This document shows positions 1 to 7,376 of a DNA stretch of 27,597 nt, piece by piece. How positions within the stretch are numbered: position 1 is the stretch's first letter; each line of letters opens with the position of its first letter. Under the pieces are notes generated by a model, which ran no database searches, was not told the DNA's origin, and worked only from the letters and a program-made list of their open reading frames with translations. The stretch is from Candidatus Bathyarchaeia archaeon (GTDB lineage: Archaea > Thermoproteota > Bathyarchaeia > Bathyarchaeales > Bathycorpusculaceae), in contig JBEKHN010000023.1 of assembly GCA_050012255.1 (NCBI GenBank), forward strand, positions 1-27,597. Reading direction: 5' to 3'. A program made the translations under genes and the position numbers.

Positions 1-100
1 TAGTCTTAGCCGCCGATTTAGCCATTGACAGTGCCCTAGTCTTAGCCGCCGATTTAGCCATTGACAGTGCCCTAGTCTTAGCCGCCGATTTAGCCATTGA
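1..100. repeat. 36-bp perfect tandem repeat (TAGTCTTAGCCGCCGATTTAGCCATTGACAGTGCCC), 2 full copies plus a 28-bp partial; may continue beyond the window
   Basis: Copies at 1-36, 37-72 and 73-100. The period is a multiple of 3 and is in frame with the minus-strand CDS. Confidence 0.95.
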
Positions 101-211
101 TTTAGCTATGCTGGGCGCGATAGCGGCTCTCACTGGTGTCATAAGTTTTGGGTATATCTTGGCTTTCTCCTCAACCTTAACTGGTTCCTGCTTCTCAGCG
201 TTTTCTTCCAT
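1..211 (-). CDS. Repeat-containing protein, truncated at window edge: MEENAEKQEPVKVEEKAKIYPKLMTPVRAAIAPSIAK-(SMAKSAAKTRAL)n
   Basis: Manual translation. ATG at 211 is preceded by SD-like GGGGGTGA, and the frame stays open to base 1. Absent from the ORF track because it has no stop in the window. Confidence 0.8.
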   Translation of the reverse strand, partial: MEENAEKQEPVKVEEKAKIYPKLMTPVRAAIAPSIAKSMAKSAAKTRALSMAKSAAKTRALSMAKSAAKT

Positions 212-364
212 CCTTTCTCACCCCCAAACATTTTCTGCTAATTACTAAGCACCATGCTGTGCTCTTAAGAGATTGTAAGAAACGCATGAGAATACAACAC
301 GGTAAGTCTTTTATTGTTTTACGTGCCAATATGGTTAGCAGTATTAGAGGTTGTGTGATCAAAA

Positions 365-568
365 ATGAAACGAGATACAAGAAATGAGAAACAAGCTTCT
401 GTTGAGGCAATTTTGAGAGGTCAATCAAAGATGACAACACGAGGTCAGATAACGGTTCCCATGGAGGTTAGGAAGAAATTTGGCTTACGACCAGGAGATA
501 CTTTATGTTTCCTTGAGGTTGACGGTTCAATAGTTCTCAAACTAGGACCACTTGTACTGACTGAGTAG
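365..568 (+). CDS. AbrB/MazE/SpoVT family DNA-binding protein
   Basis: SKMTTRGQITVPMEVRKKFGLRPGDTLCF...GSIVL is the classic swapped-hairpin signature. Confidence 0.88.
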   Translation: MKRDTRNEKQASVEAILRGQSKMTTRGQITVPMEVRKKFGLRPGDTLCFLEVDGSIVLKLGPLVLTE

Positions 569-699
569 CGCGTATGCCTGTTCCTAAATTCGTTTGCAGG
601 ATGGCTTGTGCTTCTGGTTTTGTTTCGCCTATTGATGTTTAGGTATCGGGACGCGAGAAGAGCGCGCGCGCTAAGAGAGATTTTCTAAGCGAAGCCTAG

Positions 700-840
700 G
701 GACCAAAAGCCGTCGGTCTAAGATTCAAGCTGTCAAAGAAGGGGAGAAGTTACTTAAACGAGCTTGAAGCAGCCTCAAAATACGAGTCCAAAACAACAAG
801 AAAGGATTCCATTAGGCTCAAGGACAAAGCCTTCTTGTAA
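700..840 (+). pseudogene. Possible C-terminal remnant of a winged-helix protein
   Basis: Start-less open frame GPKAVGLRFKLSKKGRSYLNELEAASKYES... resembles the wHTH wing/terminal helix (Y/F-x-L-T/S-x-K-G-x-x-x-L). An in-frame TAG lies immediately upstream. Confidence 0.3.
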
Positions 841-992
841 TGTTCCCTGTCCATATCTAATTCTTCCGTCCGCGCTGATATTTCAGGTTTTCTGATTGTT
901 GTTGTCGTTGCTTAAGGTGTGTAAGCTTCGTATTTGCGATGCTTATCGGGAGGCTAAGACTCTCAGTTTCATTGCGAATGCGGCTTTGCCTT

Positions 993-1200
993 TCAGATCT
1001 CGCCCATGATAAACGACAGCGACAATGATGCAAGCAGACAGACCATTCCCGCAAGGAACATCGCCGCAGCGGTTCTCCATGGTTCTACGCGGATGGAAAG
1101 ACGCCATGGGAGAAGGATGAGAACGCTGAGAAGGGGAATGTCGCTGAACCCCAAACTATGAATCTTGGCGCAAGGCAGTCTGTCGCCGTGAAGACCAGTA
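993..1200 (-). pseudogene. Possible degenerate C-terminal fragment of a VIT1/CCC1-like membrane protein
   Basis: Frame 1154-993 reads ...IPLLSVLILLPWRLSIRVEPWRTAAAMFLAGMVCLLASLSLSFIMGEI*. A different frame upstream reads LVFTATDCLAPRFIVWG. The resemblance was judged by eye. Confidence 0.3.
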
Positions 1201-1291
1201 ACCTACAGAACCCTCAGCGCGCGCTAGATTCCCCGTGACAGGCGCAAAAGATTTCTGCAGTGTTCGCAGTTTAGGGAACTGAGGAATACTG

Positions 1292-1651
1292 TTGGATAGT
1301 GTTGATGAGTTTAAAAAATATCGCGAACGAATGAATTCACGAATCCTCTCTGGCGGGAATCTTGGAATCAAACGGTTCTTTGCGTTAGACAACCAAGCCT
1401 ACGAAAAAGGTGCTTTGGATGTTAAGACTAAGGAGCTACTGGGACTAGTTGCATCCATGGTTTTGCGCTGCAACGACTGCATTACCTATCATGTCATCCG
1501 CTGCGTTCAAGAAGGCGTCAGCGACGAGCAGTTCTTCGAGGCCCTGAACATTGCATTGGTCGTCGGTGGCTCAATCACCATTCCCCACATTCGAAGGGCG
1601 GTGGAAACGATGGATCAATGCAGAGAGAAGCAAAGAAACAAGGGACATTAA
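1292..1651 (+). CDS. Carboxymuconolactone decarboxylase / AhpD-like protein
   Basis: GALDVKTKELLGLVASMVLRCNDCITYH (CxxC-xxx-H) and G(V)SDEQFFEAL motifs. TTG start after GAGG. Confidence 0.9.
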   Translation: MDSVDEFKKYRERMNSRILSGGNLGIKRFFALDNQAYEKGALDVKTKELLGLVASMVLRCNDCITYHVIRCVQEGVSDEQFFEALNIALVVGGSITIPHIRRAVETMDQCREKQRNKGH

Positions 1652-1701
1652 ACGCCTTTCTTGGAAAAGAAGACTGCTGCCAAAAAGAAAAAGGAAGAAG
1701 A

Positions 1702-2886
1702 CTACGCTGTGTGTCCAAAGTTGGACACAAGTACTATTAGGTCAAAGATGTCTATCGTGTCGTTTGATGGCGGGTTAGGATCCAAGTCGGCTTCTGGGTT
1801 CCATCTGTTTAGATCCCCAGGGTGAGAACCGAAGGCCTTAGCAGCCAATATTGCATCGCTGATATCAACGATGCCGTCTTGATTCAGATCTCCAAGAAGG
1901 GCCCGCGCGTTCGTGAAGCTTCCATCAGCAGTCGTGAAAGGCAGTGGTTGAGCAGTGCTGTTGACGAGCCCTACGTCATACAGATGAAGTGTTGAGTTGC
2001 GCACGTTGTCTGCTTTCACTTGGAGTTGTATCATGGCTACTGTTCCGTTTCCGTCAAGCGGGGTTGACAAAGAAACGTTGAACTTCACGAACCCTGCCGT
2101 GTTGTTGATCTGCGTAACCGGCGTAACTGAAGAAGGCAAAAAGCTTCCGTTTACGACAGAGTTTGCGTTCAATGCGCTGACGTTGAAACCGAGCTTAAAT
2201 TCTAGACCTGACATGCCTGAGGCGTTGATAATATTGATGTTGATCGTGAAGTTGTTGCTATGAGTGAGACTCGCGTTCACTATGTTTGCGGGGCTCACGT
2301 AAAGCAGAGCGGGTTTCGGAGCCGCTGGCGGAGGAAGATTGCTGAAGAATCCATCAGCAGTGTCATGGACAATCGCGATACTATTCGGGTCGGCCAGTTT
2401 TGACACGGCAAAGTGTAAAGGACATTGCCCGGTCCCTATCACTTTCAGCGTGATATTGGCCACCGTGTAGCTCCCGTTGATCGGGCAATAACCACCAGTC
2501 GTAGCTCTGTCTATGTCCAAAAAGGTGTAGGCATACAACGCAGAGCCGTTAGCCACGGTGTGACTCAGTTTCCAGATGTTGTCCAATTCTGATGCTGGCG
2601 TAACCTCGTGGAACATGATTTCTTGCATGCTCACGCCACTAAGCAAACTGGGATCCCACGTTAGGTTGAACTGGACCCCTGCGAGTCCTGGGCTGGCTGG
2701 AATGTTGTCAACTTTGACGGACACGTTGAACGTCGTGTTTGGCACCAGTGCCACGTCCTCGACCTTGGGCGGGTCAACGTAGAGTTTTACGGGGACAGAC
2801 GCCGCTTTGCCGACAGGCAGTGCGACCATGCAAATGAAAGAGGCTAGAAGAAACGCTAAGCATATCACGATCAGTCTCGTGGCCAT
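1702..2886 (-). CDS. Secreted protein with two cohesin-like domains and a C-terminal dockerin
   Basis: N-terminal signal peptide. Two beta-sandwich repeats (TFNVSVKV...GVQFNLTWDPSLL and NFTININI...GLEFKLGFNVSAL) joined by a Pro-rich linker. Dockerin GDLNQDGIVDISD...ADLD...DTIDIFD. Confidence 0.88.
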   Translation of the reverse strand: MATRLIVICLAFLLASFICMVALPVGKAASVPVKLYVDPPKVEDVALVPNTTFNVSVKVDNIPASPGLAGVQFNLTWDPSLLSGVSMQEIMFHEVTPASELDNIWKLSHTVANGSALYAYTFLDIDRATTGGYCPINGSYTVANITLKVIGTGQCPLHFAVSKLADPNSIAIVHDTADGFFSNLPPPAAPKPALLYVSPANIVNASLTHSNNFTININIINASGMSGLEFKLGFNVSALNANSVVNGSFLPSSVTPVTQINNTAGFVKFNVSLSTPLDGNGTVAMIQLQVKADNVRNSTLHLYDVGLVNSTAQPLPFTTADGSFTNARALLGDLNQDGIVDISDAILAAKAFGSHPGDLNRWNPEADLDPNPPSNDTIDIFDLIVLVSNFGHTA

Positions 2887-3036
2887 GTCTCCCTCTCTCC
2901 AATGAGATTACAACTTGCGCTGAGGCTATTATAAGCATTCTGGAATAGTCCTCTATCAAAAATCGACAGTCCTTTGACCGAGCTAAAGGTTGGCATTACA
3001 AAACCCGGATGTTGCCCCGAGCAGTCAATTTCTCTT

Positions 3037-4308
3037 TCAAACTGATATATCGCTTCCAACATTGGAGGCAGTGGTGGTTAATTCACGCAACATCTCCATC
3101 AATCTGCTCGCCGGAACGTCTGACCTTACTCCCCTTGAATTGAAATGAGTCAACGAGGCTTGAAAACCTTCTTTTTCTAGTGCTTCCATGACACTTCGGA
3201 CAGGTGGAACTGGCAGGTTCAGGGCATCACACAGCTTGTCAATCACAAAGTACGTGAACGGAGCGCTAGACTCACTCTTGATCAAGCTGAGCATTTTCGC
3301 TATTTTTACCCCAAGTCTGAGCCTCCTTTTTTGCATTTCCTGTCTCATCGTATCGGAGAAACTAGTGTCAAACAACTTCCCGAGCCATAGAGGGCCGGCA
3401 GCCCTCAGCCTTGAGCCGCACTCTTTGCACTCTCTTGAATACTCAACTTCGAACAGCGCTTTTTTGGTTTCCCTGTGGAAGCATTTGAAGCAGTGTAACA
3501 CAAAACCCATGTTTCCCATGCTTTCATCAGCGCTTTTTGCTCCATACTTCACGGTTGCGTAAACCCTGACGTAATGTTCTCCCCGATGCGTGAAGACCAC
3601 GTTCACGCCTAGGTCGTGTTTAGCAGCTATGGTGGTCAGACATCCAGCTATCAGTCTGGCAGCTAGTTCATGGCAGTATTCTGTTCGAAGAGGGTTTCCA
3701 CCGTATTTTCTCCTACATGCTCTTGGGTGAACCCCACACAGAGACGCCATGTCAGTAGCTGTTAGGGCGACAAGTCCCCCGTCATGCAAGGCGCGAACGG
3801 CAGAATCGATGAATGGCACTGGAGAGCCGAAGGGGTCGATGTCTATGAAGTCAAACCGCAAGTGCCGAGCGTTGTGACTGCTCAGGATAAGGTTTGCTTC
3901 TTTCCTTCTCACGGTGACGTGTTTAGCAAGACGGTTCATCTGCACGTTGTAACTCGCAAGGCGGAAAGCCTGCTCATTGATGTCGCTCAACACAGTTTTT
4001 CCTACTCCTTCGACTTCCGCGGCAAAGCGTATGCCCCTCAAACCGCAGCCTGTCAAGGGTTCGCACACAGAGATCTCGCGTCCAATCCTTCTCTGATACG
4101 CTTGCAGAGCCAGAACAGCTAAGTCGCGATTCAACTCCATGACAGGATTGTAGAAGACTGGGGCCTTAGAAGGGGCATACTCAGAAGGCAGCTTCACGAA
4201 CGCCTTGAGTTCGGGAACCAACACTCTGACTTTGCCCTCTTCGATGATCTCTGTCGGAAAATTCGGTTTGAACCTCTCAAGAATCATTTGCGGCTGTTCC
4301 TCAACCAT
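3037..4308 (-). CDS. trm1: tRNA (guanine(26)-N2)-dimethyltransferase Trm1
   Basis: VFYNPVMELNRD, GLRGIRF, DIDPFGSP and TATD motifs, a CxxC...CxxC zinc finger, GPLWLG and THF. Confidence 0.96.
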   Translation of the reverse strand: MVEEQPQMILERFKPNFPTEIIEEGKVRVLVPELKAFVKLPSEYAPSKAPVFYNPVMELNRDLAVLALQAYQRRIGREISVCEPLTGCGLRGIRFAAEVEGVGKTVLSDINEQAFRLASYNVQMNRLAKHVTVRRKEANLILSSHNARHLRFDFIDIDPFGSPVPFIDSAVRALHDGGLVALTATDMASLCGVHPRACRRKYGGNPLRTEYCHELAARLIAGCLTTIAAKHDLGVNVVFTHRGEHYVRVYATVKYGAKSADESMGNMGFVLHCFKCFHRETKKALFEVEYSRECKECGSRLRAAGPLWLGKLFDTSFSDTMRQEMQKRRLRLGVKIAKMLSLIKSESSAPFTYFVIDKLCDALNLPVPPVRSVMEALEKEGFQASLTHFNSRGVRSDVPASRLMEMLRELTTTASNVGSDISV

Positions 4309-4346
4309 GGCTACGGAAAACTCTTTAAGACAATATTAGACTTCTG

Positions 4347-4922
4347 GTGTTGAGCGAAGAACAGTTGAAGAAACGCCTACTACTCATAACAGGCAGTCCA
4401 GGCGTCGGCAAAACAACTCTTTTGCTAAAGGTTACTGAGGCCTTGAAAGCTAAGGGCTATAGGGTCGGAGGAATGATAAGCCGTGACGTTCGCATGTCCG
4501 GAAGTCGTGTCGGCTTCGAAGTAACGAACTTGAACAGTGACAAGAAGGGCTGGTTAGCGAGCGTGCACCAAGAACGGGGCCCGCAAGTGGGAAAGTACCG
4601 CGTTGACATTGATGACCTGAATGAGGTAGGTGTGAAAGCCATCCTGGAAGCTTGTGAAAAACTTGACGTTGTCGTCATTGACGAGATTGGACCAATGGAA
4701 CTCTTTTCAGAACAGTTCAGGGAAACTGTCAAGAAGGCTGTTGAAAGCAAGAAGCTCGTTGTTTCTACGATTCACTGGAAAATGGGTAACGCGTTGATTG
4801 ACAGCATAAAGAAAAGGGAAGACGCTGAAATACACATTCTCACTTACTTTAACAGGGAGCATATGCTTGAAACAATCATTAGAGAGGCATTGGACTTTCT
4901 GTCGAAGGTTGATGCTGAATAA
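4347..4922 (+). CDS. NTPase (NTPase_1 / THEP1 family)
   Basis: Walker A ITGSPGVGKTT, RVGF, VGKY and Walker B IDEIGPMEL. Confidence 0.93.
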   Translation: MLSEEQLKKRLLLITGSPGVGKTTLLLKVTEALKAKGYRVGGMISRDVRMSGSRVGFEVTNLNSDKKGWLASVHQERGPQVGKYRVDIDDLNEVGVKAILEACEKLDVVVIDEIGPMELFSEQFRETVKKAVESKKLVVSTIHWKMGNALIDSIKKREDAEIHILTYFNREHMLETIIREALDFLSKVDAE

Positions 4923-4973
4923 AGGGTTATAACTTCGAAGTCAAAATAACTCTTGAAAAAGAGACTGATTCTG

Positions 4974-5636
4974 ATGTTGGTAGCGGGCGTCGACGATGCA
5001 GGACGCGGCGCCGTGATCGGCCCGTTGGTTATTGCAGGCGTTTTGGTCAAAGAAGAGGATTTGCTGAGGCTTACAGAATTGGGTGTTAAGGATTCCAAGC
5101 TTTTGTCCCCGCACAGGAGAGAGTTGCTGGCAGCCGAAATCAGAAAGATCGTCCAGAAATATACTGTTCTGAAGCTTCAGCCAGAAGAGATAGATGTGGT
5201 TGTGAGAAGCGGCCGGAAGCTTCACAAGTTAAACTGGTTGGAAGCGCAAACCATGGCAAGGGTAATAGAGACACTTAAGCCGGACAGGGTTTACGTCGAT
5301 GCTTCAGACGTTTTGGAGGAGCGGTTTAAACAGCACATCTTAGAGTGTATGTCTTTCAGAGTTGACATTATCTCTGAACACAAAGCTGACCGAAACTACG
5401 TGGCGGTTTCAGCAGCTTCGATAATCGCTAAAGTCGAGAGGGACCGGGAAGTCGCAGAACTCGCGAAAGTCTACGGAGATTTCGGATCGGGCTATCCTTC
5501 GGACCAAAGAACAATGAATTTTCTGAAAAAGCTGGTGGAGGGAACGGGGGAGTACCCTGAATTCGTCAGGAAGTCATGGAAACCTGCGAAGGAAGTCAAG
5601 AACGGAAGAGGTGCGCATCAGACGAAGCTTGCTTGA
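4974..5636 (+). CDS. rnhB: Ribonuclease HII
   Basis: VAGVDDAGRGAVIGP, VKDSK, YVDA, HKAD, SAASIIAKV and GSGYPSD motifs. ATG 4974 is preferred over TTG 4953. Confidence 0.96.
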   Translation: MLVAGVDDAGRGAVIGPLVIAGVLVKEEDLLRLTELGVKDSKLLSPHRRELLAAEIRKIVQKYTVLKLQPEEIDVVVRSGRKLHKLNWLEAQTMARVIETLKPDRVYVDASDVLEERFKQHILECMSFRVDIISEHKADRNYVAVSAASIIAKVERDREVAELAKVYGDFGSGYPSDQRTMNFLKKLVEGTGEYPEFVRKSWKPAKEVKNGRGAHQTKLA

Positions 5637-6579
5637 GGTTTGCAATCATGTCTTCTGGACCCTTGATCCTGGAAAACTCTTCACTGCTGATGCACGGAAT
5701 ATTCTTTTCCCATAGTCCTTGACTTTCAGTGATGAGAATGGGATGAGCCTTCACGATTTTGCTAACGCTCAGAATCTCGTCAACTCTTCTATTTAGCTCC
5801 TGTTCCTTGTCATCAGCGACTCCGCCTATTATCTGGACCTTTTGTTCTGGCACATTCAGTACGAAGTCAAAAGGCGCCTTCTTTACGCTTGTGACGTGCA
5901 GTGGAGCAAGCCTCCTTAGAATCATGTTCAGAAACTTGCTCTTGGCAAAAACACGTCTGGCGGTCGTCAAGATGCACTCTTTGCGTCGAGTTCTTGACTC
6001 TTGAAAGATGTCCACCGGCTTAGCCACTGGGATTCCGAGGGTCCATATCAGATTGTAAGCCGAGGACACGGAAGCCTTAGCTAGGCCCCTCTCATAGCCA
6101 TAAACGGTTCTTCGCGACATGCCCACCATATCGGCCATTTCCCCGACTGATAGGCCCATCTTCTGCCTCCTCTCCTTCAGTGCTTCTCCGTCGATTTCAA
6201 CGTAGTAACCCCCAGGGCTGGCCTGAATCAACGGACGAACGTTGTGGAGCACAACGTTCTCGAAAGTTCTTGCGGTAACGGCGAGGATGTTGTATCTTCT
6301 GTAGATCGTGTCGTCCTCAAGAGGTTTTTCCCGCGCCTCTTCGCCGATCAGCAAGGAAGCAGCCGAGAAGTTTCTTGCTATTTCTCCAAGCTCCTGAGAG
6401 TCCTTCAGGGACATATTCCCAATGTCAGACTGGATCTTTATGAAGATCAGGCTCTCTTCTCTCCTTGCTGCGAAGTCGAAGCAGCTCGGACGAGACGTGC
6501 ATGGTTGGGAGACGGTGAAACCAGCTTGTTGTAGAAGGGCTCCTGCAGTTTCTAAGTGCTCCCTTCCCCCATGAGCCAT
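5596..6579 (-). CDS. Archaeal Cro/C1-type HTH transcription regulator (COG1395-like)
   Basis: RPSCFDFAARR N-terminal domain, PGGYYVEIDG, HTH REKMGLS-like ...SRRTVYGYERG, and KAPFD. Confidence 0.88.
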   Translation of the reverse strand: MAHGGREHLETAGALLQQAGFTVSQPCTSRPSCFDFAARREESLIFIKIQSDIGNMSLKDSQELGEIARNFSAASLLIGEEAREKPLEDDTIYRRYNILAVTARTFENVVLHNVRPLIQASPGGYYVEIDGEALKERRQKMGLSVGEMADMVGMSRRTVYGYERGLAKASVSSAYNLIWTLGIPVAKPVDIFQESRTRRKECILTTARRVFAKSKFLNMILRRLAPLHVTSVKKAPFDFVLNVPEQKVQIIGGVADDKEQELNRRVDEILSVSKIVKAHPILITESQGLWEKNIPCISSEEFSRIKGPEDMIANLKQASSDAHLFRS

Positions 6580-6618
6580 AGAACCGCCACGTTAAACATG
6601 AATTACATTGTGAGATAT

Positions 6619-6686
6619 AAACAATACTTGTCTTCTAGAACTCAGTTACATAAAAACAATGCTTGTCTTCTAGAACTCAGTTACAT
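6619..6686. repeat. Tandem direct repeat, 33-bp unit with 35-bp period (AAACAATRCTTGTCTTCTAGAACTCAGTTACAT)
   Basis: Copies at 6619-6651 and 6654-6686 with one mismatch. The second copy includes the fibrillarin stop codon. Confidence 0.93.
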
Positions 6687-7376
6687 GTGAGCCACGATCA
6701 TGGCATGCGCCTTGTCGTAAGGTTCCAGATGCACGACTTCTTCAACCTTGAAACCACGGTTCTCTAAGACCTTGACTTCGCGTTTGTAGACTTCAGCGGG
6801 CTCCTTTGTCACGTCTATACTCTGCGCCTTCACTGCAAGCATCACCCATCCGCGGTCTTTGAGGAATTGGTCTGCGTTGTCTGCCAGAACCTTTGCTTGT
6901 TCAGGCTGGGCTATGTCGCAGTAGATGTCATCAACCTTTCCGCGTATGAACATCGCATATTTCTGGGGAAAACGAGCATCTTCCAGGATCGGCGACATGT
7001 TCATCCTGTATGTACACACGTTGTCAACCAGATCCCTTATAGATCGAGAGGCAAACTCTACGCAGTATATGTGGCCTTTCTCTCCGATAATGTCCGAAAC
7101 GTGGCTCGCGGTTGTTCCCGAAGCAGCTCCCAGATAAAGAACCAAATGCTTCGGTTTGACCGGAACCGTTTTCAAACCTTTCAGGATTGCTGCCGCCAAC
7201 TTACTTCTAAACGCGTCCCAGACTCTGTATTCGACACCTTCGCACCGTAACAGCCTTTCACCGTAAACGTTTCTTCCCGGCGTCAAGTTTCTAGTGGCGA
7301 GTCTTCGCGCGCCATCCTCAAGAGTCACATCATATACTTCGGCAAACTTGGGATGGGGTTTGACCTTAACGATCAC
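6681..7376 (-). CDS. flpA: Fibrillarin-like rRNA/tRNA 2'-O-methyltransferase
   Basis: VYGE, YRVWDAFRSKLAAA, VLYLGAASGTTASHVSD, DIAQPEQ and LEPYDKAH motifs. Likely GTG start at 7376, overlapping the nop5 stop. Confidence 0.96.
   Translation of the reverse strand: MIVKVKPHPKFAEVYDVTLEDGARRLATRNLTPGRNVYGERLLRCEGVEYRVWDAFRSKLAAAILKGLKTVPVKPKHLVLYLGAASGTTASHVSDIIGEKGHIYCVEFASRSIRDLVDNVCTYRMNMSPILEDARFPQKYAMFIRGKVDDIYCDIAQPEQAKVLADNADQFLKDRGWVMLAVKAQSIDVTKEPAEVYKREVKVLENRGFKVEEVVHLEPYDKAHAMIVAHM

Noticed and set aside
1-100. 36-bp repeat as a CRISPR array
   Set aside because: The units are head-to-tail with no spacers and are in frame within a CDS.
960-1260. RNase P or SRP RNA (also considered for 10466-10865)
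   Set aside because: I could not find the conserved RNase P GAGGAAAGTCC-like or SRP helix 8 motifs on either strand.
6619-6686. 33-bp repeats as a mini-CRISPR
   Set aside because: Only two copies, separated by 2 bp; no spacer and no cas genes.
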